Shown piece by piece: positions 29,618 to 41,405 of a stretch of DNA of 64,000 nucleotides. Position 1 is the stretch's first letter. Every line of letters starts with the position of its first letter. The notes beneath the pieces were generated by a model that worked only from the letters and a program-made list of their open reading frames with translations, ran no database searches and was not told the DNA's origin. This DNA comes from Porphyridium purpureum (Eukaryota). The DNA lies in contig VRMN01000002.1 of NCBI GenBank assembly GCA_008690995.1, positions 1,302,001 through 1,366,000 on the forward strand, given 5' to 3'. The translations under genes were made by a program, and so were the position numbers.

Positions 29618-31753
29618 ATGGGCCGGCTGTGCGACAAAGAAAGGGGAAAGGAAGTGATGCCATGTAGAAGCGATGCTGTGGCTCGGAGATGTACGCCGCG
29701 ACGTGGCGGAGTGGTGCACCGTGTGGTCTTTCTTCTCGGCGTGATGCTTTGTGCCTTGCTGCTTGGCGGCGGCAAGGGGGTGGACTCTGCGAAGAACACG
29801 CAACATTTACCTGGGATGAACCGGCCACCAGTCTCGCTTCCGCTCTTTGTTGCACCCGCTGGCACACCGCGAATGCGCATTCCAGGAGAAAGTAACAAGG
29901 TCGTGGCATTGCCGTCGTGGCGTTTTGCCGGGCGGCAAAAGATGTACGAAGATTTCGAGCCCTGGTACGAGCTGCCTCCGTACGTGGGTACGAAGCGGGC
30001 GTCCCAGGCGCGTGCTCAACAGAGAACAGCTGTGGTTCATTCCCTCGCGACCAATACCTCCGAGCGCCAGGACTCGGTACCGCTGTTCGGGGGTATTACA
30101 GCGGTGGGTGAGTACTATCTTCAGGTGAAAGCGGGGGGCCAGCCTGTGCGTATTCAGCTCGATTCCGGATCTTCCACGACGGCTTTCCCACTTTCTTACT
30201 GCTCCTCTTGTCGACAGGGTGACAAGCGCTACGATCCGTCAAAGTCAACGTCGGCAGAGGGCAGTCGGACGATTCAGTGCGGCTCGGACGAGTGCCGCGC
30301 AAACTCGTGCGGCGGCCGCTGCGGTTCGTGTGACTCTGCTACGCAAGCGTGTTGCTCGATCTCCAATAAGGGATACTGTGCCTTTTCTTTGCAGTACGGA
30401 GACGGGTCCGGATGCCAAGGCGCGCTGGTCGAAGATGTTCTGGAGTGGACCCCCGAGTTGAAGGCGCGGACCGTGTTTGGAGGCATTGAAAAGGACACCT
30501 CCGACTTTGAGCGATCTCAAGTGGACGGGATTCTGGGCGTAGCATTCCCACCGCTTGCTTGCAACCCGACGTGCATCAAGCCTGCATTTGATGCTTTGCG
30601 GGATGAAAACAATTTGCGCGATGAATTCACGGTTTGCTCGACGTACGACGGAGGGCGCCTGGTACTGGGTGCCGGCGACAAAAGCACTGTCAAAGATGGC
30701 AAAGGATTTGAGTATGCCCCGATCATACCGCAGACAAATACGTTTTACAAAATGCAGATGCATGGCGAGTTTTTTATGGACGGGCATCGCATTGAAGAGT
30801 CGACCCTGCGCGTAGGCATTGTCGACACCGGTACGACGCTCTTGATTATCAGTTCATCCATGTTCAACAAATTGGTAGGCTGGCTGAAGGAAAACAAGTG
30901 CGATGAGTTTCCGGGGCTTTGCACCTCGAATACGTGGTTCAAGCCCATAGAATGTGTTGAAATCGATGACAGCGGACTCAGAGCACTTCCAGTTCTGTCC
31001 TTTGACGTAGGTGACGGAGACGAGAAGGTGCGCATCTCGCTCTCGGCGTTTGACTACATGCTGAAGTACGAAACAAATGGGCAGACGTACCGTTGCGTGG
31101 GGATCCACACGATGTCGCCCAGCGGAGGGGTGGATGTGATATTGGGTAACACGCTGCAGATGAAGTACTCCACTCACTATGATCGCGTGAATAAGCGCAT
31201 CGGATTTGGCACCGCCGCAGACAAGTGTTTGTTCGGAAAGACTTCTGGAGGGAGTGGAGGATCCGAAAGTTCGAACACAGATTCCCAAAACGGTGCGACA
31301 TCAACACCTAAGCCTCAGTCGTCGTCGAATTCTGATCCAAAGACGAATGGCGACGGTGAAGGAAATGTTGTGCACGGCTGCGAAACATATGCTGGCTCCT
31401 GCGCTGATTGTTCGGCGGCCATCGGCTGCACATTTAATTACGTGTCGCACGACTGCGTGAACCGGCACAGGCACCCGGTGGACTCTGTTTTGGGGTGGCC
31501 GTGGTGTGCAGAGCATATGTATATTTGTGAAGACCGGCCGGTCCTTCGCATCGGATTAATTATTGGCGTGGTTGCCGGTGCCGCAATTTTCGCCATGATC
31601 ACGGTGCTGGGCATTGTGCGCTGCGTTCGCTTGCGACGCATTCAGGCGTCTCGCAATAGATATGCTTCCGGTGCAACGGACGACGCTGGGAGCAGTAGTA
31701 TTCCACTCGCGTTTGCCGATGATTCAGAGTCGGACTATGACGGCGAAGATTAG
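29618..31753 (+). CDS. Membrane-anchored pepsin-like (A1) aspartic protease
   Basis: Two catalytic motifs LDSGSS and VDTGTT; YGDGS, DGILG, ILGNT; signal-like hydrophobic segment and C-terminal TM. Start uncertain. Confidence 0.88.
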   Translation: MGRLCDKERGKEVMPCRSDAVARRCTPRRGGVVHRVVFLLGVMLCALLLGGGKGVDSAKNTQHLPGMNRPPVSLPLFVAPAGTPRMRIPGESNKVVALPSWRFAGRQKMYEDFEPWYELPPYVGTKRASQARAQQRTAVVHSLATNTSERQDSVPLFGGITAVGEYYLQVKAGGQPVRIQLDSGSSTTAFPLSYCSSCRQGDKRYDPSKSTSAEGSRTIQCGSDECRANSCGGRCGSCDSATQACCSISNKGYCAFSLQYGDGSGCQGALVEDVLEWTPELKARTVFGGIEKDTSDFERSQVDGILGVAFPPLACNPTCIKPAFDALRDENNLRDEFTVCSTYDGGRLVLGAGDKSTVKDGKGFEYAPIIPQTNTFYKMQMHGEFFMDGHRIEESTLRVGIVDTGTTLLIISSSMFNKLVGWLKENKCDEFPGLCTSNTWFKPIECVEIDDSGLRALPVLSFDVGDGDEKVRISLSAFDYMLKYETNGQTYRCVGIHTMSPSGGVDVILGNTLQMKYSTHYDRVNKRIGFGTAADKCLFGKTSGGSGGSESSNTDSQNGATSTPKPQSSSNSDPKTNGDGEGNVVHGCETYAGSCADCSAAIGCTFNYVSHDCVNRHRHPVDSVLGWPWCAEHMYICEDRPVLRIGLIIGVVAGAAIFAMITVLGIVRCVRLRRIQASRNRYASGATDDAGSSSIPLAFADDSESDYDGED

Positions 31754-31976
31754 TAGACGGAAGATTTGCATTAAACGGGACTTTACCATACTGTCGTTCA
31801 TGCTGTGTAAGTTACGAGGCGGTGGTCGACTCCCAGAACCTCATTCGCTGTGGCAACGCTGACCCTACGGTCCGAACAAGAACTGCTCAAACCCCGCACG
31901 CACATCCCGTGCGACACATGCGAGCTTTCTGGTTTTTCCACCCCAGAGAAGGAATCATTTTCGTTGGAAATTTCCG

Positions 31977-32975
31977 ATGAAGAATGGTCGCGTCAGAGCA
32001 ACAGACACGAAAAGAATGACGCCGACAGCAGCGGAAGCGGCGGCGTTTGCGGTTCCCGTGATCTCGCTGCGATCTGGGGCTGATGATGTAGTTCTTGCGC
32101 AGGAAATACGCGGGGCGTGCGAGGGTGCAGGCTTTTTCTATCTCAGCGAGCACGGCGTGAGTGAAGCTCTTGTCGCCAGGGCGTTCGAATGGTCAGCAAA
32201 ACTGTTTGACTTGCCGCTGGAGGAAAAGAGTAACTGTCGTTGGACTTTAAACAACTACAGTCGAGGATGGACGCCGCTCATGGAGGAAACGTTGGACCCG
32301 AAGAACTCATCCGCAGCAGATACAAAAGAAGGCTTTTACATTGGCCGTGAGATGCCCCCTACGCGGCGCTTCCACGGCCCGAATCAATGGCCGACGCCCG
32401 CAAGCTGTCCCTCGTGGACGCAGCATGATTGCGATGAATTCCGAGCAGTTATGACGGAGTATTGGACGGTGTGTGAGACGCTCGGGAAGCGCGTCGTCCG
32501 TCTACTGGCATACGCTGTGGCATCCGACTTTTCCTCATTTGATGCGTACACGAAGCAGCCCATGGTGTTTCTGCGTCTCTTGCACTACACGGGGATCAAG
32601 TCGGAAGCGTCCGAAGGCCGCTTTGCCTGTGGTGCGCATTCTGATTACGGACTGCTCACGTTCTTGCGCACCGATGATGAACCAGGCCTGCAGATTCTGA
32701 GCAAGCAAGGAGAGTGGTGCGATGTACCGCCGCGTCCGGGAATGTTCATCGTGAACATCGGCGACCTGGTTGAAGTCATTAGCCAGGGGCGCTTCCGCTC
32801 GACAACCCACCGGGTGCTGAATAAGACGGGCCGCGAACGTTACTCCATTCCGGTCTTCTTCGAGCCGGATGCAGATGCGCCGATTGCTCGGGACGCACAG
32901 GGCAACGTGATCACTGCGATTCAGTACCTGCAACTCAAGTACGAGCAGACGCACGCAGACTTCCAGGCGCTCTGA
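31977..32975 (+). CDS. 2-oxoglutarate/Fe(II) dioxygenase (IPNS/DIOX family)
   Basis: ACEGAGFFY, LRLLHY, AHSDYG (HxD), NIGD, STTHRV, RYSIPVF (RxS). Start may be 32016. Confidence 0.92.
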   Translation: MKNGRVRATDTKRMTPTAAEAAAFAVPVISLRSGADDVVLAQEIRGACEGAGFFYLSEHGVSEALVARAFEWSAKLFDLPLEEKSNCRWTLNNYSRGWTPLMEETLDPKNSSAADTKEGFYIGREMPPTRRFHGPNQWPTPASCPSWTQHDCDEFRAVMTEYWTVCETLGKRVVRLLAYAVASDFSSFDAYTKQPMVFLRLLHYTGIKSEASEGRFACGAHSDYGLLTFLRTDDEPGLQILSKQGEWCDVPPRPGMFIVNIGDLVEVISQGRFRSTTHRVLNKTGRERYSIPVFFEPDADAPIARDAQGNVITAIQYLQLKYEQTHADFQAL

Positions 32976-33193
32976 TTCAAACAAGAAGGGATTGGCGCGT
33001 TCAACGTCTCGGCGAACCCGTTTCTTCCCAAATTTGTTTTTCTTTCCATGCTTCCTTCCATCCCAGGTTTGTTTCTGTGCTGTGTGGATGAACGATTATA
33101 TGTATCTAGACAAGGTCTCACAGCCGTGGATCATCGCCAAGCTAGCCACGGGACAGGTTTCGGCGTCGCGCAAAGAAGCATGCTGACAGACAT

Positions 33194-33223
<30 letters not shown>
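33194..33223. repeat. (CAG)10 microsatellite, intergenic
   Basis: Read directly from the sequence. Confidence 0.95.
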
Positions 33224-33224
<1 letters not shown>

Positions 33225-33665
33225 GAGCTTGTCGCGAGGACGCGCACACTCCTCGGATGGGGGTACAGCAGATGCCGGCGAGGCTGTACAGTTAAACTGT
33301 ACCTATAGGATGTGGCCTGAGGTACAGTTGTGCGGAGGTACCGCAGCTCGCGTCACCTCGCAAACCCTAACGAAGTGCCAACGCCTGGGCCAAAAATTTC
33401 CATTTTTTTGTCCTGCGCTTGTATGGACGCGCGCGAGCTGAATGTGGGAGGGTGTGTGTTATACGCAGAGAGAGCGCCGCGAGCGGCATAGATGCCTTGA
33501 TTCCAAAAGCGAACTCACGCGGTGGTGCGCCTAGGCCGCTGACCACCGAATAGAAAGGGGGGTTCCGCTTCCGATGATCCTGATTCTGGTGGCCTGGCGT
33601 GCTGGTTCTGGGCACGAGCATCTGCAGCAGTAGCAGCTGTTCGTCAATCATCACGCGTGCTGACT

Positions 33666-33689
33666 CACACACACACACACACACACACA
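33666..33689. repeat. (CA)12 microsatellite
   Basis: Read directly from the sequence. Confidence 0.95.
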
Positions 33690-34387
33690 GAGGAGACGCG
33701 TTGGCTGGTTTCCGGCGTTGTTCGAACGGTTTACTCTCTTCGTAGGTAATTGATCTGAGAGGAGCGGCAGCTGAGCGAGGCCACGTTGACAAGGAGCCTG
33801 TAGAAGTACATCTCAAGTGACTCCGGTGCGACCTTGGGCATGTTCATTACCTGCACACCTCGTCACATTTTGTTTGGCAGACTGGCGCACACGAAGAGCA
33901 CGGAAAGGAAACGTTGCACAGTCGCGTGCGCGTCCGCTGGCAAGTGGCGTTCGCGAGCGTGGTTGTATGCTCGCACGCGCGCAAGCTCGCGTCGTTTGCG
34001 ATAGATTGAGCCGAGGTCTTCGTCGTATGCGATGCTGATTGAAAACTTGAGTACACACCCGGTGAAACGCTGATTCAGGTTCAGAGTTTGATCTCTGAAC
34101 GTTCGGACGACTACGTGACAAGACTTGGACGGAGAACCACGCGATCGGGTTGCGCGGCTGCGGGCGGGCTCTCCCTGCGCGCTCCGCTGTGTTTTGATTT
34201 CATTTTCTGAAGATCGGACACGCCTGCGTGTGGCCGCTCGCTCCAGAGCAAGAGGTGCGCTCTATTGGCCTGAAAAATAACAGCCAGATATTCTTCAGCG
34301 TCTGTGCGAGGCACTTGTCATCGAGGGTGCTTTGGGCTTTCTTCTGTCACATGCGTGGATGAATTGAGTACTTCCGGTTAGTCTCCC

Positions 34388-35557
34388 ATGCTTCACAAAG
34401 ACCAGCGAAGCAAGCGGAGAAGGCATGAAAGTGAAGACGAAAATTCGGCGGAGGAGGGATCAGTGCCGTCAGGAATTCACCCGCAACCGGACCTTGACGA
34501 AAAGCCAGCTGCGTCTGTCGCTGATCCCGCAACGGCGGCTGCCGCCTCGCAGCGGCACACCGCAACGTCAGGTGGGACTGATTCCGCACGCGGTGAAATC
34601 GCGGCTTGTACATTACCCGAGTCTCAGTCCCAGTCCCCAGCGATAATGGCCAGTCGACTGGCTGGATCAAGCTCCGTAGGTGTCGCATTTACCATGGGTG
34701 CAGAGCATCAGCACATGATGCCTGCGTCTGGTGAAAATCTGGCGGTTGCTGCGGCTTCCTCGGCCTCGCCCGTGAAACGCAGGAGGCTCAGCTCGACTGA
34801 AAGTGTATCACGGGCAGTAAGGACTGGGACACCACCTCCGGCCAGAGATTCGTCGTCTGTTGCAAGACCGTCCACTGCAGGTGGCGAGCCCGATCGGTAC
34901 GGGCATGGCACTGTTGAATTGCTCTATTCAGCTCCGGATTCTAGCGAACTTGACGATGATGATGATGACGACGACGACGACGACGACGAATACGACATGG
35001 AGGACTTTGGTCAAGAGGGTATGCTGGATGACAATACAATGTACCAGCTTGCTCAGCACGCTCTAGAACGCAAGGAGAAAGCGGTAAGTGATCTGGAAGC
35101 AGAACTAGCAGTGGCCAAGGCCGATATGAGCAAATTGCTAGAGCTTGTACGAAAAGAACCCAACGCTGCGAGTGTTCTGAGCGGGCTAGCCGGCTTGCCA
35201 GGAGCGAGCACAGACCCGATGGGCAAGGGTGCGCCCGCAGCACTGGCGCATACGCTAACAAGCGCTCAATCTTCACAGCGATATTCAGATGCGGCTGCGG
35301 CAGCTGCTGCCGCGCAGCTGTCAGCAGAGCTCGAAGCTCAGCCAGGCTCCGCTGAAGCCGCAGGCAGCAGCTCTGCCGTCCCTTCGCGCTCAGGCGGCTT
35401 CCGCACAATTGTAAGTAAGGAGCTCCGTGATCACGTCGCGAGCATGTTCAAGAGTCAGACATCTAATACGCCACGCCACACGTCGTCGTCCAGCACAAAC
35501 GGTGGCAACAGGAGCGGTGGTGAGAGCAGGAGTGGTGGAAAAAAAGAAACCGAATGA
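34388..35557 (+). CDS. Hypothetical low-complexity protein with poly-Asp tract and coiled coil
   Basis: 389-aa ATG ORF with NLS-like KRRRH, a long Asp tract and a coiled-coil segment. No recognised domain. Confidence 0.55.
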   Translation: MLHKDQRSKRRRHESEDENSAEEGSVPSGIHPQPDLDEKPAASVADPATAAAASQRHTATSGGTDSARGEIAACTLPESQSQSPAIMASRLAGSSSVGVAFTMGAEHQHMMPASGENLAVAAASSASPVKRRRLSSTESVSRAVRTGTPPPARDSSSVARPSTAGGEPDRYGHGTVELLYSAPDSSELDDDDDDDDDDDDEYDMEDFGQEGMLDDNTMYQLAQHALERKEKAVSDLEAELAVAKADMSKLLELVRKEPNAASVLSGLAGLPGASTDPMGKGAPAALAHTLTSAQSSQRYSDAAAAAAAAQLSAELEAQPGSAEAAGSSSAVPSRSGGFRTIVSKELRDHVASMFKSQTSNTPRHTSSSSTNGGNRSGGESRSGGKKETE

Positions 35558-35709
35558 CGGTTCGCAAAATTTCTCATTTTGATGTAAAAAAACAAAACAA
35601 AACAAAACAAAACAAACAAACTGTGCTTTAGTTTCAGGAACAGGTAAAAAGCTGAGGTTCAAGTTTAGCAACATCATCACGATTTGTCTCGCCCAAGATA
35701 GATATGCAG

Positions 35710-38052
35710 CTAGTCTTGATCCAAGTCCATGTCCACAGGCGACGAGGCCCCGGGAACTGGTCCGCTTCCAGTCGCTACTGCCGCGGCTGTGCCTGCGATT
35801 GTACCGTTTCCAGCGCTGCGGCTCGCGCGTACCATGCTCTTGACGTATTCCGGATCTTGTTGAATGTGCAGGCGAAGCTGCTCAATAGCCTTGATGATAC
35901 GCGTGCAACGTTCCAAGAGTTGGTCGTTGATTTCATCTTGTGCAGGCTCTTTAAGGACATCATCAAAACTGACAGACCCACCGGCGGCGGTGCGAAGATC
36001 AATCTTGGCTTCAACCTCTCCACGGCATACCATATCCACAATCAGGCGCTCGACGTCAGCTGTGTGCGTGCCAGGCGATTGAATGCCTCGGAGAGATCCG
36101 TACCGATGGTTACCTTTCCAGCTATCTCCATCCGCCTCACATCGCTCGGCCACGCTTGTGAGATTTTGAGTCAAAAATGTTCGTGTCACACGATGCACTT
36201 TGTTCGCCAGTTGCGCGTGCACAATCTGCTGAACAAGCGCGAGATTTTCATCTCCATCGAAGTCACGCGCACGCTGGTTGACAAATTCACCAAGACTGAC
36301 AGTTGAGCTCGTCGCGGCTGCTCCACCTGCTCCGCCCTCACTGCCGCGGTTCATCGAGTCCAGATTCGAATCAGGGAATGCTCGGCCGGCCGCTCGCGGT
36401 GTCATTTGAGGAGTGTCCGTCCAGGATTCTTGCGGTGAGCGCGTGATTGAACCCGCCGCGTCGACCACAGCATCGTCACCGAGAGTCGAACCACCAGTGC
36501 TCCCACCTGCCCCGCCACCGCCAGGAACAGGCTTCGACCTTCCTGTGGCGTCGTTGGAGCACAAGCGAACAAGTATGGCGTAAGTCTGAATTTCCGGCAG
36601 AACCGCACGCTGAACTGAAGCAGACATCTCTGACGGAAGCAGATGGACACTTAAAAGTGCCTTTGCCGAAGAACGGGAGCCGCTTTGCTTCGATCCGTGT
36701 CTTCGAAGCGATCCGTCCTTGCCACCTGCACCAAATCCCGCGGCATCATCATGACTTGTGGAAGCAGGGAACGGCGGGGACGCTGCCCCACGTAATCCGG
36801 TCCCCACCCCTGTCCCTCCGCCCGAGAGCAAAGACATCATGGCTCGCCGGGCAGGCTTGGACGGCAAGGATGACGCAGCTCCTGTGGAGTTGCTCGCACC
36901 GCTGCTCAATTGCGCAGACTCAATTGTGGTCTCAGCGGCGCCCAAAATCTGGGAGTCGCGTAAAACAGTCAACACTATGTACTTTTTCGTTGCGGCCAAG
37001 GAAATCTCTGTCAGAACATTGGCCGGGACGGCAAGGACCAAGCGCATACTGTCCTGCGCCGCACGAAAGTCTTCGTCCCAAATGGAAACAAGACCGGCGC
37101 AGTAGTAGATCAGCTGCACATCCTCGGCTGTCACAGGTAGCTCCCCGTAGCTAACACACGATCGAAGCACCGGGAGGAGTCGGAGACTGGCCAGCCGGAA
37201 AGAGCGAGTTACAACGCACAGCGATAAGACGTCACCAAACAATGACGAGTGTGCTCGTTCCAAAGTGTCACTCTCGTAAAACGCTGACCAGAGCTGTAGT
37301 AGCAGATTCAGTGCCAGCATGGCATGCGCTCGGTCGAGACACGAACCAAACAAACGAACGCCGCGACTGAGTTGAGAAATCTGCACCGGTAATGTCCTGA
37401 GTAACGATTGGGTGGCGTTCCGAAGCGCATTCCGTACAGTCAGGAGCAAATGCTGTGCTCTTGTGCGATGCTCACTTGATAAAAGATCACGCACGTGCAT
37501 ATATGCCGGCGACTGTTGCTGCCTCCGTGACGACAAGCTCGCCGATACGGCGCTCGCCGTGGCCGGCGTCGCGTACCACAAAGTGTATGGATTTGCTGAC
37601 GGTCCCGTCGAAGATCTTGATGAGAATGATCCAGACGGTGGCAGCCCTGCCGCGCAGACGGTGAGCGCGGCCTGGTCCAAATATTCAGCCAGGAGAACGA
37701 TCCTCGCGGCCGGATTTGGCGCGGCCACGACGCGCTCCGCGCGCATGGCGGATTCCAGAGCTTCGAGCGATGCACTCGACAATGAATTCCCAATATGACT
37801 GACAGCATCGCCTAACTGCCTTGCATCATCCCCAGCGGCCAGCAACATATCGATGCACTGATCCACACTAAGCAGCGGCGAAGTCTGGGGCGCCCCCGAC
37901 GCCGTCCCCACCGACATGTCAGCCACCGACAAATGTGCGATTCCTTGTGCGCCACCCAGTGATGATCGTAACGCGCGTATTGCTGCCTCCTCTGCCTCGC
38001 TGCCAATCTGGTCCAAGCCCGCGCGTGTGTCCTCGCCTCTTTCTCTTTTCAT
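35710..38052 (-). CDS. CSN3: COP9 signalosome subunit 3-like (PCI domain) with low-complexity insertions
   Basis: LIYYCAGLV, VLAVPANVLTEISLAATKKYIVL, FDGDENLALVQQ, VTRTFLTQNLTSVA, LIVDMVCRGEVEAKID, DPEYV. First ATG is at 38052. Confidence 0.75.
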   Translation of the reverse strand: MKRERGEDTRAGLDQIGSEAEEAAIRALRSSLGGAQGIAHLSVADMSVGTASGAPQTSPLLSVDQCIDMLLAAGDDARQLGDAVSHIGNSLSSASLEALESAMRAERVVAAPNPAARIVLLAEYLDQAALTVCAAGLPPSGSFSSRSSTGPSANPYTLWYATPATASAVSASLSSRRQQQSPAYMHVRDLLSSEHRTRAQHLLLTVRNALRNATQSLLRTLPVQISQLSRGVRLFGSCLDRAHAMLALNLLLQLWSAFYESDTLERAHSSLFGDVLSLCVVTRSFRLASLRLLPVLRSCVSYGELPVTAEDVQLIYYCAGLVSIWDEDFRAAQDSMRLVLAVPANVLTEISLAATKKYIVLTVLRDSQILGAAETTIESAQLSSGASNSTGAASSLPSKPARRAMMSLLSGGGTGVGTGLRGAASPPFPASTSHDDAAGFGAGGKDGSLRRHGSKQSGSRSSAKALLSVHLLPSEMSASVQRAVLPEIQTYAILVRLCSNDATGRSKPVPGGGGAGGSTGGSTLGDDAVVDAAGSITRSPQESWTDTPQMTPRAAGRAFPDSNLDSMNRGSEGGAGGAAATSSTVSLGEFVNQRARDFDGDENLALVQQIVHAQLANKVHRVTRTFLTQNLTSVAERCEADGDSWKGNHRYGSLRGIQSPGTHTADVERLIVDMVCRGEVEAKIDLRTAAGGSVSFDDVLKEPAQDEINDQLLERCTRIIKAIEQLRLHIQQDPEYVKSMVRASRSAGNGTIAGTAAAVATGSGPVPGASSPVDMDLDQD

Positions 38053-39542
38053 ACTCGTTCCGCGCGCATCGCTACAGCATATCCAGTAGACCGCTGCGGG
38101 CGGTGATGAGAGCACAGCGAACCAGCGCGAGCACGCGCGCACAAAAGAAAGAGAGAGCGAGAGAGAGATAGAGAGAGAAAGCGACGGAGAACGCCGGAGC
38201 AGTCGCGCAAGCAGGCGTAAAGACAACTGCGACACCAACAACACAAACGAACGCGCACGGCAAACTTGCGCGCCGCGCCAGCTCGCAGTACGCGCACGCG
38301 GACGTTCTGTTCTAACTGTACTGCCGTCGATCTTGTTAATCGGGTAGTACCTACTGTACCTCCGGTTGGGGGGGGATCGAGTCGCAGTGGATGCGCGTGA
38401 GCTACAGCGTGCGTGGCGAGACCGCGCAACAAGTGAAGAGCACGCACGCGCGCATCGCCCGAAATGGACTGGCGCGACAACTTTGTGTGGCCGCCGCCAG
38501 ACCAGAAAATGAGAAGGCGCGCCAAGGCATGCGGATGAAGAGGACTTGCGCCGACTCGCGGCGGTGTGATTGCCTCAGTTGGTGCTGCTGCTGTTGGAGA
38601 CTGTGCGCATGCGCAGAAGCAAGTGAGAAGCAATGAGCCGCGTGGCGACTTGCGCATCGAAGTCTGCGATCCATTGACGCCAAGAAGGATGAGAGGCCGC
38701 GCCATGCACGATGGACGCCAATTCCCGAAAGAGGAGGAAACCCGCATCCCGGACGGCACGCAGTGAGTCTTACTATAAATTCAGCGCGTTTTTATTAGAA
38801 AAGGCAGACAGCGGCTTCGAACGAAATGCGGCACGAATCCGGCTCAAGTGGGCTTAACCGTTTAAGATTGGCGAAAAGATTCTGCTGAGTGTGGAAAGAA
38901 CGTGGGAAAGGGAAGGCACGAGACACGAGAGAAAGGAGAGACAGACGACAGAGGAGAAGGTTTGTCGGCAAGAAAGCTGCTCACATTTCCAGTCGTTTCT
39001 GTGGCTCTGGTGGTGAAGGCGTATTCTCGTGCATTTGTAGACTTGGGTTGCTGGGTTGTGTGGAACGGTTTGATGTTGACGGTTTTGTCATTGGATGGGT
39101 CTCTGTGCGTTTTCTGTTTGTGAGCGTGGCTAATTTGGATTCGCGCTGAGCTCGCGAGCATACTGGCACTGCGTTGCGTCGTGAACGCGGTGCCGGAGAG
39201 GGACACAGCGGGCAAAAGCGGGGAGCTCGAGCGGATAAGTGGCGCGGTTTAGTGCTTAAAAGTTTCATTGCGCACTGGCCTGTCTCGCACCTTTCATATG
39301 CTGCGCGTGTGATTCTCTGGCCGCGCGTTCGAATCTTGGGACGCTCGCGTTTGCACGCACACACGCTCTGATCCAATGCGTAACGTGCCCCGCAGTTCAG
39401 ACCGGCACCAATTGTAGTCCTACGGACCTGAGATAGCACGACAAGGACGAAGGCTCGGCTTGAATTGGATTTGGTTGACTAGGCCCTGCCAAAGTCGATA
39501 CAGAGCAGACTCGGTGGTCCCCTTATTTGACAAGTAGCCATC

Positions 39543-41405
39543 ATGGGACGTCTGGAAAGGCTCTGGGATATGTTCAACAGTAGTGCCGGTCCCTCGATCA
39601 TGGAAACTGCCCGCGAGTACGTGGTCGATGTCGCAGGAGACTCGCGTCTGTTTGGGCGCAGAACTTTGGCAACTCAGACCTCGTACGGTAGCCGCCTCCG
39701 GCAAGACGTTATCCAGCGGCTCGCAGGTGCGGCAGTGCGGGTGTTCCGTCCGCTGTTCGGTTTTGTCTTTACCTTGGAAATGGCGGTGTCCTGGTTTCTC
39801 TTGATGAAGGATAATGCTTCCTGCTTAATTGATGCATTGGTCAAGTTGCTCACGGGCAGACGCCCACACGCCCTGCGCGTGACGCTAGACGCACGCGGAG
39901 CGAGTGCCGGTACGCGCTTTCAGCTGTTTCAGTCCGGCTCGGAGACGGCGATAATTGACGATCTTGTCGTGGTCGGGAATCTTTCGCAAAACTCTGACAC
40001 ATGGTGCGCCTCGCAATTTATGCTTTCTGTGTTGGCAGAAGAAGACGATTCGCCCGTGTGTGTCAAGAGCCACAGCCGCGCAATGGTTTCAAGTTCGACG
40101 GTACACAATAGCTCCACAATGCTGAATCGTAGCCTGGACTTGGTCACGAGCTCACTGGGTATGAGCGAAGTGGGAAGGTGGATCCGAGATTCCTCTGAAA
40201 GACGTCAGCGCGAGCAAGAAGCAGCTGCGGCAGCGGCTCGAGCGAAAGCCCCGGCGGGTGGCCGCTACCGATACGCTGCGCGTGGCGGCATTTGGGTGTC
40301 GCCTTCCGAAATGGAAGCATTTGCGCGTTCTTTCATGCAAGTTCTTTTTGATTTTGCTGGGCACGACGCCGAACTGCTTCATGAGTTTGAGCGGCAACTG
40401 CCCGGACTAGCGGCGGAGAACGGCAAATGTTTTGATCTGAAGAAGGCTCGCTTGTACGCGCCACAGCAGCGGTTCCAAGATGAGCTTGGAGTGGTAGAAA
40501 TGGATCTGCTTCTGCCCGTGGACTACGAGGCGCTCAAGAAGCACTACCCGCAGAGCGTAGAGATGTTCGAAGCCATGGGCCACATGTGCGTGATGGCGCA
40601 ATCCAAGGAGAATCAAGATTGTGTTGCCCTACGTGTGGAAGGCACGCACAAGATGCTTCGTTCCCGTTTCTTTGTCAAGGGCGACAGCCTCGTGTGGGCT
40701 ACCACGAAGGCGGTGAATGGTGATTTAGAGCCGATGGTCGGACCTGACGGCGCACCAATCATTTGTGCATTTAGCGCGTGCGATGGATTTCAGGGCGGCG
40801 TTCTGTTCAAGCAAGAATGTACACTCAGGGCGCCTCTGGGATTTTCCATTCAGATGCCTACTGTGTACGTTTCTCAGGATATTACCTTCTCGGACCAGAC
40901 TGGTGCTGTCTTAACGTCACGCATCGCTAAAATTGAGCGTTCACGCGCAGACCGCATGCTCGGCAGGCTTTTTCCCGTAGCAGAAATTTTTGCCATGCTT
41001 GAGGAATATTACGTATCTACGATGAAGGTCGAGCCTGTTAGTGCGGAATGCATTGTCGGTGAGGTCCAGACAGGGGCAGAGTCTCACTCTGAGTTGCGCT
41101 CTCAGCGGCGCTGGCTGTTTTACAACGATTTCGACGTGCGAATACCAGCCCTTCCAGCGTGGTTCTTCGAATCGTTTGGCGAAGCTTTTCAGGAGGAAGA
41201 CTTCCAGCAGGACCTCGAAATGTCCAGTAACCTTTTTGGCGCAGTGCACAGTGACCTCGTGCGATTGAGGAGCACTGCAGAGTCGATACTTGAGAGGAAC
41301 GTTTTACCCGCTGAATCGAATCCTGGAGTTGGTCTCGCGGCTGCGCTCACGACCTCGGCGCCCATGTTGTCTAGGTCAGATCGAGTGCCTGCTGTCGCTC
41401 TGTGA
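39543..41405 (+). CDS. Hypothetical protein (620 aa)
   Basis: Long ATG ORF with globular composition and a possible N-terminal hydrophobic helix. No family recognised. Confidence 0.6.
   Translation: MGRLERLWDMFNSSAGPSIMETAREYVVDVAGDSRLFGRRTLATQTSYGSRLRQDVIQRLAGAAVRVFRPLFGFVFTLEMAVSWFLLMKDNASCLIDALVKLLTGRRPHALRVTLDARGASAGTRFQLFQSGSETAIIDDLVVVGNLSQNSDTWCASQFMLSVLAEEDDSPVCVKSHSRAMVSSSTVHNSSTMLNRSLDLVTSSLGMSEVGRWIRDSSERRQREQEAAAAAARAKAPAGGRYRYAARGGIWVSPSEMEAFARSFMQVLFDFAGHDAELLHEFERQLPGLAAENGKCFDLKKARLYAPQQRFQDELGVVEMDLLLPVDYEALKKHYPQSVEMFEAMGHMCVMAQSKENQDCVALRVEGTHKMLRSRFFVKGDSLVWATTKAVNGDLEPMVGPDGAPIICAFSACDGFQGGVLFKQECTLRAPLGFSIQMPTVYVSQDITFSDQTGAVLTSRIAKIERSRADRMLGRLFPVAEIFAMLEEYYVSTMKVEPVSAECIVGEVQTGAESHSELRSQRRWLFYNDFDVRIPALPAWFFESFGEAFQEEDFQQDLEMSSNLFGAVHSDLVRLRSTAESILERNVLPAESNPGVGLAAALTTSAPMLSRSDRVPAVAL

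Noticed and set aside
38464..38766. Reading frame MDWRDNF...KACG-TGA-RGLA... as a possible selenoprotein
   Set aside because: No resemblance to a selenoprotein family and no SECIS seen; likely chance.
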